Shown piece after piece: positions 39,701 to 47,722 of a stretch of DNA of 64,000 bases; the first letter of the stretch is position 1, and each line of letters starts with the position of its first letter. Origin of the DNA: Nanobdellota archaeon (GTDB lineage: Archaea; Aenigmatarchaeota; Aenigmatarchaeia; QMZP01); assembly GCA_018816245.1 (NCBI GenBank), contig JAHIVW010000003.1, positions 45,195 to 109,194 of the forward strand, given 5' to 3'. The position numbers and the translations under genes were made by a program. The notes beneath the pieces were generated by a model that saw only the letters and a program-made list of their open reading frames with translations, did no database searches and was not told where the DNA came from.

Positions 39701-39982
39701 GCCCTTCTCTTTTTTCGAATCCTTAAATCCCTTCAAAAAGGTTTTATAGGTTGTTTGCCAATTATTGGTAGCATGCTTCTCTCCCTGAATTCCACAACCA
39801 CGCTGTCCAAACGACAGACTATGGGCTAGCAGAACGTCGATCGATCTCTCGCTGAGCGAACGATCACGGCTAGCCAAAGCAGGGGACGTGGAAGGACGGA
39901 AGAGGACAAAAGACACGGGAACGGTCCCGGTGTCTTTGGTGTTCTGGGCGTTCGTTTCTCTGTACACATGGGGCAAACTGTT

Positions 39983-40069
39983 ATGATTGTACGTAACGCC
40001 AAGAAGTCCACTCAGAAGAAGGTCGCCAAGAAGAAGGCCACCAAGACGAACCGGCCTCTGTTGGAGTAG
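39983..40069 (+). CDS. 28-aa Lys-rich peptide (MIVRNAKKSTQKKVAKKKATKTNRPLLE)
   Basis: AAG-codon-rich frame followed by a hairpin/T tract. Confidence 0.45.
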   Translation: MIVRNAKKSTQKKVAKKKATKTNRPLLE

Positions 40070-40105
40070 CAGCCCGCCTGGCGAATACCCCAACTACGTG
40101 ACCAC

Positions 40106-40143
40106 GCCGCACCGGTAGGTGGTATCCGCGGTGCGGCCTTTTT
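40106..40143 (+). terminator. Intrinsic-terminator-like hairpin
   Basis: GCCGCACCG...CGGTGCGGC followed by CTTTTT. Confidence 0.55.
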
Positions 40144-40670
40144 GAAATCAACGACGGAAACGTCGAAACTATATCTCGCGGGCCTGAACTCTGGGTTCTC
40201 GGGAGAACCGGTCGGTCTTTCTTTTCGAAAGTCAAGACTGCGGGTAACTGACCAGAGGCTGACCGGTGCTTTTTCCTTTCAACACAACGTGAGCCTTGGG
40301 AACTGCGATCCGTTCCTTTTGGCTCCGAGCGCACCGGTCGGAAAGAACAGGATCCAGCTCTTCTGGGGAGAAGTTGTGATCGACGGCTCCCGACCGGTGC
40401 GTTTTTCCTTCAACAACTCCCTTTTTTTGTTTTGTGTTTCTGCAGAAGTCCACGTGAACGGTACGGCACGTGTCGTACCAGTGTGGCAATGGTTGCAATA
40501 TTCGCGGAAACCTCGAGAGGAGATTCGCTTATGATTGCCGCCAGTTGGAAGACGGTGCTGAAGCAGAAGAACGCTCACGACGGCGACTCTTCCTGACAGA
40601 AGCATCAACGTTCTCGAACGCGCCGGCTGGATTCACCTCGGAGTGTCTCTGGCCGGCGCTCCTTCATCTT

Positions 40671-40750
40671 GCGGGTGTAGCTCAGTGGTTTAGAGCGAAG
40701 ACACCTTGCCAAAGTCTAGGTCGTGGGTTCAATTTCCATCACCCGCTCCA
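40671..40750 (+). tRNA. Atypical bacterial-type tRNA-Gly(GCC) with expanded anticodon arm
   Basis: GCGGGTG/CACCCGC acceptor, U73, encoded CCA, TT-GCC-AA loop with extra nucleotides in the 5' stem strand. Confidence 0.7.
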
Positions 40751-40783
40751 GACAACCGAGTCCTCTTTGAGGAGGGGTTCTCT

Positions 40784-41104
40784 ATGTTTCTGAAACCCGT
40801 GACCGCGCTGTTCCGGGACGCCCTCAGGTTCATGAGGATTGCAGCAACGAACCCTGAACCGAAGGACAGTCCAACCACGGTCACATCACCCGGACCGTCT
40901 CGCGGCGCTCTGCGTTCTGGTCGTCCAAGACGATCACCACAACGAGGCCGGGGGCGGCCGGCACGGCAAAAGCTGATGCACCGGACGGACCCGTTCCTCT
41001 TCGATGTAGCGGGGGGCCCCCAAAATCCTCCTTCCAATAAATGGAGGGATAATCGCAATACGTTCACGGAGAAGGCTTCGGGGGCCGGTTCTTCGACGAC
41101 GTGA
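40784..41104 (+). CDS. Hypothetical basic, disordered protein
   Basis: GAGGAGG SD; R/P/G-rich 106 aa. Confidence 0.35.
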   Translation: MFLKPVTALFRDALRFMRIAATNPEPKDSPTTVTSPGPSRGALRSGRPRRSPQRGRGRPARQKLMHRTDPFLFDVAGGPQNPPSNKWRDNRNTFTEKASGAGSSTT

Positions 41105-41183
41105 GCGTGATGGCATGAAGGATACTCCTAGTGTGTGTGCATCACAGATTTGGTCTAACAACCAGCTGTGATGCACACCTTTT

Positions 41184-41256
41184 TTGGCCGTAGCTCAGTG
41201 CAGAGCGCTACCTAGAGTGGTAGAGGTCAGAGGTTCAATTCCTTTCGGCCCAACCA
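41184..41256 (+). tRNA. tRNA-like element with 6-nt anticodon loop (Pro-like)
   Basis: TTGGCCG/CGGCCCA acceptor, GCTC/GAGC, CTACC-TAGAGT-GGTAG, TTCAATT loop, A-CCA. Confidence 0.6.
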
Positions 41257-41259
41257 CAT

Positions 41260-41334
41260 GGACCCGTAGTTTAACATCTAAAAACGCCGGATCACGCGAA
41301 TCCGGAGATGCAGGTTCCAGACCTATCGGGTTCA
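41260..41334 (+). tRNA. Degenerate tRNA-like element with 9-nt anticodon loop
   Basis: GGACCCG/CGGGTTC, GTTT/AAAC, CCGGA-TCACGCGAA-TCCGG, imperfect T arm. Confidence 0.5.
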
Positions 41335-41337
41335 TCA

Positions 41338-41373
41338 TTCCCTAATATAACATTGTTATATATCACCAAGAAA
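41338..41373 (+). repeat. 36-bp direct repeat, copy 2
   Basis: Identical to 39061-39096; contains the stop codon of the convergent DUF255 gene. Confidence 0.95.
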
Positions 41374-42817
41374 CAGCCTTGTTCACCAGCCGGTCAACCG
41401 CAATCCCGAACCCCGCGCCCAGCACACCCTGGATCCGGTACACCCCTTTCACGGACTCAAGCGCCAGCTTCGCAAGCGCGTGGTCCGGCGCGTCCCCGGT
41501 CGCGTCAAACAGATCAAGGTAGAACTGCGCTGCCTGCACGTTCAACGAAAACACCGTCTGCTGCTGCTCCAGTTTTCCAACATCATCCTTCTGGCCGATC
41601 CGGTCAAGGAAGCCTCCGCCCCGTTCCAGGAAGTTTGTTTCCACGATTTCTGCGATCTCCTGCGCCTTCCGCAGTGCTGCTCCGCGCTCAAGTGCTTGGT
41701 ACAGTGCCACGTATGCACGTCCCATGGCAACAGAATCAGGCAGCCACCCCAAATGCACTACCCGCTTCCCTTCGATGTAGTGGGCAAAGCCGCGTTTCTT
41801 GTTGTATGCTGTTTCAAGCCGCTCGAATGCCTGCAACACTGCCCGGCGCGCGCGCCGGTCCTTGCTCGCCGTGAAATAGTCCAGGAACGCAACCAACGCA
41901 TGTCCGTTCTTGTCAACGAAAATCCTTGTGTCAACCTGTGCTTTCTTCTGTTGAGCGGTGATCTGACCTGCATACAACCCTCCATCAGGGTCAGCGAGGT
42001 TCCGAAGCAGGTAGGTTGCTGTCTTCCGGGCAAGATCCAGATGCTGTTTTTTCTTGGTTTGTTGATAGGTCAACGACAGCATGCGGAGCAATGCTGCGTT
42101 CGTGTCAAGCAGCTTCTCACGATGCGGCTCCCGCCAGTCGCGTGAAATCGAATACCGGAACCACCCGCCCCGGGTATCGAGCAACCCGCGTTTCATACCC
42201 GTGATACTTTTCTCGACCATGGACAGGTACGGGGATCGCATGACCGGCTTCTGTTTCGTTGTTTGCAGGCCACACGTCCTCGCGTGTAATCGGAGGCAGA
42301 ATTCAAGGGCATCAGGATGGGGAAACTTCGGTTCGCTGCCAAACCCACCATACGTGCTATCAAATGACGTCCGCAGCAACGACGCAATCTTGTCTACAGT
42401 TGCCGGTGCCAGTTCGCCGTGTCCCAGCCGCATGCCAGTGAAGGCAAGGGTTTCCAACGGCTTCCTGCTGCCACCTTTCACCTTATCCACGGCCACCTGC
42501 ACTCGTTTCGCCATCATCTCCGGCGGAATGAACAACCCGCCGTCGAGGACGCTCCCATCATGATCAAGCAACACCGTTGACGGCCAGCCGCCCTGGTTGT
42601 ACCGCTGGTTGATGTCCGGCCGCTTGTCGGTGTCGACCTTGATTGCAACAACATGCTTGTTGATCAGGTTCGCAACAACAGGATCGTTGTAGGTCCGCTG
42701 CTCCATTTCATGACCTAACACACACCACGTGCCAGTGATGTGCAGGAGAATTGGTTTGTTTCCTCGTTTCGCTTGGAGGAACGCTGCCCTGGACCAGTCG
42801 CGCCACTGAACCCCCAT
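41363..42817 (-). CDS. Thioredoxin-domain (DUF255/YyaL-like) protein
   Basis: W..W...AF..AK..NKPI, IKVD.D.RPD, GGWP, D..YGGFG..PKFP. Confidence 0.85.
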   Translation of the reverse strand: MGVQWRDWSRAAFLQAKRGNKPILLHITGTWCVLGHEMEQRTYNDPVVANLINKHVVAIKVDTDKRPDINQRYNQGGWPSTVLLDHDGSVLDGGLFIPPEMMAKRVQVAVDKVKGGSRKPLETLAFTGMRLGHGELAPATVDKIASLLRTSFDSTYGGFGSEPKFPHPDALEFCLRLHARTCGLQTTKQKPVMRSPYLSMVEKSITGMKRGLLDTRGGWFRYSISRDWREPHREKLLDTNAALLRMLSLTYQQTKKKQHLDLARKTATYLLRNLADPDGGLYAGQITAQQKKAQVDTRIFVDKNGHALVAFLDYFTASKDRRARRAVLQAFERLETAYNKKRGFAHYIEGKRVVHLGWLPDSVAMGRAYVALYQALERGAALRKAQEIAEIVETNFLERGGGFLDRIGQKDDVGKLEQQQTVFSLNVQAAQFYLDLFDATGDAPDHALAKLALESVKGVYRIQGVLGAGFGIAVDRLVNKAVSW

Positions 42818-42871
42818 GCTGAAACCTTGGCGTAGAAGTTCTTTAAATAATCAGAACGCCACCTTCAACCT

Positions 42872-43174
42872 ATGGCCAGCATGAACCAGGTGATCGAGGC
42901 CATAAAGCTCTGTCTTGATCCGGAAATCAAGATCGATGTCTGGACCCTGGAACTCATTTACGGGATTGACCTCACTACAGCAGGGACGGTTTCGGTGAAG
43001 ATGACTTTTACGACGCCCTCCTGTCCCTACGGGCCCCAACTGATTCAAGATGTCCACGATAAAATCAAGGTGCTCGAGGGCGTGGCGCACGTTGTCATTG
43101 ACGTTGTGTTTGATCCGCCCTGGCAGCCGTCCGACGACCTCAAGACCATGATGGGCATGACAAGTGGTGTGTAA
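42872..43174 (+). CDS. DUF59/SufT metal-sulfur cluster assembly factor
   Basis: DPEI.I.V..L.LIY, T.P.CP, FDPPW. Confidence 0.88.
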   Translation: MASMNQVIEAIKLCLDPEIKIDVWTLELIYGIDLTTAGTVSVKMTFTTPSCPYGPQLIQDVHDKIKVLEGVAHVVIDVVFDPPWQPSDDLKTMMGMTSGV

Positions 43175-43467
43175 TGCACGGCAAGGCAACTGAAAAGATT
43201 CCCGGCGGCAAGCTGCTCCGCGTTGCTGCGGATTTTGGGAACACAATTACCAACGTAGAAATCACCGGTGATTTCTTTCTCTATCCAGAAGACGGACTGC
43301 CTCATCTTGAAGCATCACTCATTGGTGTTTCTCTCCCAATCGATGAACATACTGTGACAAAAATACTTGACACTGTCGTGAAACAACACAAGCTGCAGCT
43401 CCTTGGCATCACGCCTGACGCAATTGCGCATTGTTTAAAAGCAGCAACGGAGGAAGCCCATGGCTGA
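43174..43467 (+). CDS. Lipoate-protein ligase C-terminal domain subunit (LplB-like)
   Basis: K.PGGKLL.V, ITGDFFLYPE. Confidence 0.85.
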   Translation: MHGKATEKIPGGKLLRVAADFGNTITNVEITGDFFLYPEDGLPHLEASLIGVSLPIDEHTVTKILDTVVKQHKLQLLGITPDAIAHCLKAATEEAHG

Positions 43468-44221
43468 GTTCACGTGGTGGCGAATCGTCCCGCTGGCAAC
43501 CAACACTGCTGCGATGAACATGGCCATTGACGAAGCCGTCATGGAAACCGTTGGCGCCGGTCGGGCGCCGCCAACCATCCGCTTCTATCGCTGGAAACCG
43601 TCTGCGGTGTCCATCGGCTGTTTTCAGTCATTGAACGACGAAGTGCGAACCGATGTTGCGACAAAACAGGGCATTGACATTGTCCGCCGCCGAACCGGTG
43701 GCGGTGCGGTCTATCATGATTACGACGGGGAAATCACGTACAGTGTCATTGGCAAAGAAACATTATTTTCCAAAGGAATCACGGAATCGTATCACGAGAT
43801 CTGCGGCTGGATCATCAAAGGACTTGCACACCTCGGCATCAAGGCAGAATTCAAACCAATTAACGACATTGTTGTCAACAACAAGAAGATTTCCGGGAAC
43901 GCGCAAACACGACGAAACGGTGTCTTGCTGCAACACGGCACGATCCTCCACGATCTTGATGTCAACAAAATGTTTTCGGTGCTAAACGTCAGCCAAGAAA
44001 AGATTGCTGATAAAATGATTCAGGCAGTTGAAGATCGGGTCACGCGCGTCAAGGACGTTGTTCCACAGGCAACGCTCACGGACACATACAATGCGCTGCT
44101 GAAAGGCTTCACCGAAGGCAAGGAACAGCGGTTTGCGTTGTTAATCAAGGACGAACTCGCACGTGCCCAGAACCTTGCCAAGAAACGATACAGCACCAAG
44201 ACGTGGACAGGATCACGATGA
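43460..44221 (+). CDS. lplA: Lipoate-protein ligase A
   Basis: NMAIDEA, RRRTGGGAVYHD, NDI...KKISG.AQ, QHGT. Confidence 0.92.
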   Translation: MAEFTWWRIVPLATNTAAMNMAIDEAVMETVGAGRAPPTIRFYRWKPSAVSIGCFQSLNDEVRTDVATKQGIDIVRRRTGGGAVYHDYDGEITYSVIGKETLFSKGITESYHEICGWIIKGLAHLGIKAEFKPINDIVVNNKKISGNAQTRRNGVLLQHGTILHDLDVNKMFSVLNVSQEKIADKMIQAVEDRVTRVKDVVPQATLTDTYNALLKGFTEGKEQRFALLIKDELARAQNLAKKRYSTKTWTGSR

Positions 44222-44667
44222 AGGAAATCTGGACCGAGATCGAGATCAACGCGCCAGTGTCCGTTGTCTGGAACGTCTTGACGGATTTTCTTAACTACGC
44301 GCGGTGGAATCCGTTCATCCGCCGCGGCACCGGCACAGCAACGGTCGGTTCCCGGTTGGAATTCCTGATCCAGCCACTCGGCAGCAACGGCATCGTGTTC
44401 CGGCCGATGGTTACGCGCGCCACAGTCAACGAGGAACTGCGGTGGGTTGGCCATTACCGGCTGCCGGGATTGTTTGACGGGGAACACGTATTCTTGTTGG
44501 GTGAGATCGAGCAGCACCGGACCCGGGTGGTGCATCGCGAACGACTGAGCGGTCTGCTCGTCCCGTTTTTGTGGAAGCAGTACGGCAAAGCGACCGAACG
44601 CGGGTTCTCTGCTATGAACAGCGCTTTGAAAGAACAGGTCGAACTGGTCCAGAAACACAAAACATAA
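44218..44667 (+). CDS. SRPBCC domain protein
   Basis: TEIEINAP...VW.VLTDF..Y..WNPF; F..MN.ALK. Confidence 0.88.
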   Translation: MKEIWTEIEINAPVSVVWNVLTDFLNYARWNPFIRRGTGTATVGSRLEFLIQPLGSNGIVFRPMVTRATVNEELRWVGHYRLPGLFDGEHVFLLGEIEQHRTRVVHRERLSGLLVPFLWKQYGKATERGFSAMNSALKEQVELVQKHKT

Positions 44668-44695
44668 TTTAAAGGTACGAGACAATGGGGTTTGC

Positions 44696-44890
44696 ATGAA
44701 ACATATGAAATGCAGCGACCTCGGTGGCGGGTGCGACTTCGAAGCAACGGGCGAGGACGCAGAAGAGATCAAGATCGCGTTGTTCGAACATGCCGCGACC
44801 GAACACCCGGAGGAGTTCAACGTCATGACCGACGAGGAACGGGACGCTGCGGCGAAGAAGATTGACGTCTTTGTTGAAGCGCAGGAGTGA
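44696..44890 (+). CDS. DUF1059 small metal-binding protein
   Basis: C.DLG..C.F...G....E......HA...H. Confidence 0.8.
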   Translation: MKHMKCSDLGGGCDFEATGEDAEEIKIALFEHAATEHPEEFNVMTDEERDAAAKKIDVFVEAQE

Positions 44891-44906
44891 TGTTTTTCTT
44901 TTCAAA

Positions 44907-44920
44907 TATAACAGCGTTAT
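44907..44920. other. Palindrome variant TATAAC-AGC-GTTAT
   Basis: Matches the island-terminal palindrome; lies just upstream of the tRNA-Leu TATA box. Confidence 0.55.
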
Positions 44921-44958
44921 CTACGCATTATAAGCGCTCCGGATCTAACAATCCTCAC

Positions 44959-45086
44959 GCGAGGGTACCCAAGCGGTCAACGGGGCAGGACTTAAGTTCC
45001 CGTCGGACGGACTTACGTGCCGATGCGCAAGCGATGAGGTATCCTGTGGCTGAGCGCCTTCGGGGGTTCGACTCCCCTCCCTCGCA
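44959..45086 (+). tRNA. tRNA-Leu(UAA) with 44-nt intron (44997-45040)
   Basis: GCGAGGG/CCCTCGC-A; CAGGA-CT-TAA-G[intron]A-TCCTG; long variable arm. Confidence 0.92.
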
Positions 45087-45147
45087 TTACAAACCGCCTC
45101 GTGAATCTACCAAATAAGAAAATAACGTTTTACTTCTTCTACTGACT

Positions 45148-45774
45148 ATGGACTCGAGATCTTCACTCAGGCGCAGAACAGAGGCCGTGAGCGGGTATTT
45201 GACTCATTTTGTGGAAAGCACCTTAGAAACGTACCTAAATGGGAGGGGAAAGGTTGTTTTTATTGGACGCTCATCTCGACCCTTCTACAACATTGCATCA
45301 ACATATACAGAGAGTGATATTGAGTTTATTGATGTGCCAAGAAAGCTTCTCGAGCAAAATCCCGATGATCTCGTGTTTCAGTATTTGGAAGATAGCGGCG
45401 CTTTCGCTGATGATACTGTAACACTTGTTGATGATGGAGGAAGAGGATATTTTATGAGAAAATTAAGAGGTGTTATTGAACGAGAATCAAGAAACACAAT
45501 TGACGTGACATCTCAGACGCTTTTCTGTCTTGATCCACGACAACCATGTCGTTTGTACCAACATCCTTCTGAAGCCCCTTATATTGTGAGATCCCTCCTC
45601 TTTCTCGGCAAACAACCACATCCATACCGATTAACAGGCGAGTTAGTTGAGAAAGATGGTGTTGTTTCTGCTGTTTCCTATCCAACATCCCTTTCCGAAC
45701 AAAAAGATGCTCAAGAAGTAACATCTATTCTAAAAAACAAAGCCCTCTCGAACGCAAAACGTATTTTCTGTTGA
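45148..45774 (+). CDS. Hypothetical protein (PRTase/HAD-like motifs)
   Basis: VVFIGRS and VTLVDDGGRG motifs; AT-rich, next to the tRNA-Leu 3' end. Confidence 0.55.
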   Translation: MDSRSSLRRRTEAVSGYLTHFVESTLETYLNGRGKVVFIGRSSRPFYNIASTYTESDIEFIDVPRKLLEQNPDDLVFQYLEDSGAFADDTVTLVDDGGRGYFMRKLRGVIERESRNTIDVTSQTLFCLDPRQPCRLYQHPSEAPYIVRSLLFLGKQPHPYRLTGELVEKDGVVSAVSYPTSLSEQKDAQEVTSILKNKALSNAKRIFC

Positions 45775-45783
45775 AGAGTTCCA

Positions 45784-46449
45784 TCAACCAGCAGCCGCCA
45801 GCAGCTGCGGAATAATGTCAACAATCCCGTTGATGAAGAACTGAACAGCAATCGCCATCACGATCAATCCCATCAGGCGTGTGACCACGAGCCGTCCCCC
45901 TTCCTTGAACACCTTGTTCACCCGCTGGGAATTCACCATCATCAAATAGGAGATAAGCAGCGTGACAATGATCCCTACAAACACCCCGGTCATGCTTAAA
46001 ATCCCGATCGTATACCCGTACGTCTGCAACAACGCTGTTGCCTCAGTCATCAACACGACCGTGGTGATAATGGTTCCTGGCCCCGCGGTGAACGGAATCG
46101 ACAACGGCATGAACGCGATGTTGTGGTAATCGACTTCCATTTCTTTTTCTGTATGTTTCGGGTTGAGCATGCTGATCGCCATGGTAAACAACAAGACCCC
46201 GCCGGCGATCCGGAAGGCCCCGATGCTGAAGCCGAACAAGTTGAATAACAATAGTCCAGTCAATGCGAAGAACACAAGGATGTACGCGGAATAGCGGATG
46301 GATTCGCGCGCCAAGAGGATCTTTTCCCGCTTTTTCCACCGTTCCGTGAGCGCGATAAACACCGCTGAGGTTGAAATCGGGTTCGAGATCACGAGGAGCG
46401 AGAGAATTGCCCCTGCAATAAATCCACCGGCAATGGTCAGATCGACCAT
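45784..46449 (-). CDS. MarC family membrane protein
   Basis: NPI, FRIAGG.LL, PLSIP..AGPG, TRLMGL. Confidence 0.92.
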   Translation of the reverse strand: MVDLTIAGGFIAGAILSLLVISNPISTSAVFIALTERWKKREKILLARESIRYSAYILVFFALTGLLLFNLFGFSIGAFRIAGGVLLFTMAISMLNPKHTEKEMEVDYHNIAFMPLSIPFTAGPGTIITTVVLMTEATALLQTYGYTIGILSMTGVFVGIIVTLLISYLMMVNSQRVNKVFKEGGRLVVTRLMGLIVMAIAVQFFINGIVDIIPQLLAAAG

Positions 46450-46480
46450 ACTGCTCTTTCGGACTCTGTCCTAATAAGAG

Positions 46481-46552
46481 GGCCACCGCCGGGATTTGAA
46501 CCCGGACCAAAGGATCCACAGTCCCGTATGCTACCGTTACACCACGGCGGCC
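46481..46552 (-). tRNA. tRNA-His(GUG) with encoded G-1
   Basis: G-GCCGCCG/CGGTGGC-C; CT-GTG-GA loop; TTCAAAT. Confidence 0.93.
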
Positions 46553-46581
46553 ATTGTGTGTATTCTTCGACCAGTTGGCTA

Positions 46582-47052
46582 TTAAGCTGTTTCGTGGGTA
46601 ATGTCGACAATTACCGCCTCGGTGGCTTCAAGAATCACTTTGGGAGAGATTTTCAGGAGCGTGGTCCTGCTTCCCCCGCCACCGACAACCCACTCATGCT
46701 CCAGGATCTTCGGGTCAGCGAATGTTCGCAGCTGCTTCTGATGCCCGACTGGTGGCACGCCGCCAACGGAATAGCCAGTGAGCCGGGCAGTCGCTTCCGG
46801 TGCACAGAACGATACTTGTTGCACCCCAGCTGCTGCGCACAGTTTCTTGAAATCCAGTCGTAATGGTCCAGGGATAATGGCAAGCAACGGTTCATTATGT
46901 TCATCAACTAACACAAGTGTTTTCACATCCTGCGCAGGATCAAACCCTGCCTTTGCGACGTCCTCCACGGTCGCCACTGGCTGGTCCAACTCAAAAATTG
47001 TGTGCTCGATTCCCCGCTCTTTCAAATACAACACCAAACTTCCGGTGTCCAT
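46582..47052 (-). CDS. YbaK/EbsC aminoacyl-tRNA deacylase
   Basis: VKTL, TGY.VGGVPP.G, GGG. Confidence 0.88.
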   Translation of the reverse strand: MDTGSLVLYLKERGIEHTIFELDQPVATVEDVAKAGFDPAQDVKTLVLVDEHNEPLLAIIPGPLRLDFKKLCAAAGVQQVSFCAPEATARLTGYSVGGVPPVGHQKQLRTFADPKILEHEWVVGGGGSRTTLLKISPKVILEATEAVIVDITHETA

Positions 47053-47053
47053 A

Positions 47054-47692
47054 TCAACCAACAAGCGCACGGATCAGGTCTGGTGTTACTTCATTCAATG
47101 ATGCAACCTGCCGGTCCGCCGCGCTCAAATCAGGATGGTACCGCGGATCAGGAACCCCGATCACTTTCATGCCTGCTTTTCGCGCGCCGCGGACCCCGTT
47201 CTGGCTGTCCTCGATGACCACGCAGGTCGCGGGCGGCACGTGCAGTTTTTCCGCAGTACGCAGGAAGATGTCTGGCGCTGGCTTCCCGTTCTCCACTTCC
47301 TCGCCGGTCACGATGACTGGGAACAGGGACCTCAGGCCGATCGTTTCAAGAATAACCATTGCAACCGAGCTGTGCGTGGTCGTTGCCACGGCAACCGGAA
47401 ACACCGCGGCCAGCTGCCGGACGCATGCGATCGCGCCGGGCATGGGCTTGGCTTCATGCTGCGCCCGGTTCCTGACAATGAACCGTTTCCGTTCAACCAG
47501 CTCGCTCACGTTTCCCGGCATCCCTTCCTTTGCCAACAGGGCCCCGAAAAAGACCTCATCAGGCAATCCGTTCCCGTCTTCACTGTACCGGAAGGGAATG
47601 TTCAAGGAGCGTAAGATCACCTGCCGCGCCTCGAGGTGGATGTAGTTCGTATCGGAGAGGACGCCGTCCATGTCGAAGATGACTGCTGTCAT
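47054..47692 (-). CDS. HAD family phosphatase
   Basis: VIFDMDGVL, GKPAPDIF, IEDS..G. Confidence 0.9.
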   Translation of the reverse strand: MTAVIFDMDGVLSDTNYIHLEARQVILRSLNIPFRYSEDGNGLPDEVFFGALLAKEGMPGNVSELVERKRFIVRNRAQHEAKPMPGAIACVRQLAAVFPVAVATTTHSSVAMVILETIGLRSLFPVIVTGEEVENGKPAPDIFLRTAEKLHVPPATCVVIEDSQNGVRGARKAGMKVIGVPDPRYHPDLSAADRQVASLNEVTPDLIRALVG

Positions 47693-47722
47693 AGTGTCGC
47701 TTTGCCCGGTGATTTTTATAAA

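Noticed and set aside
39701-40093. N-terminal extension of the HIT ORF to 331 aa
   Set aside because: The HIT domain starts at MVDTANCIFC (39700) with an AT-rich TATA-like element just upstream; the extension is read-through of island C antisense.
39061-41373. 36-bp repeat ending in GAAA as a CRISPR repeat
   Set aside because: Only two copies, 2.2 kb apart, with no spacer-sized intervals and no cas genes in the window.
33884-41373. Canonical integron attC array
   Set aside because: The hairpins lack clear RYYYAAC/GTTRRRY boxes with extrahelical bases, and no intI is present in the window.
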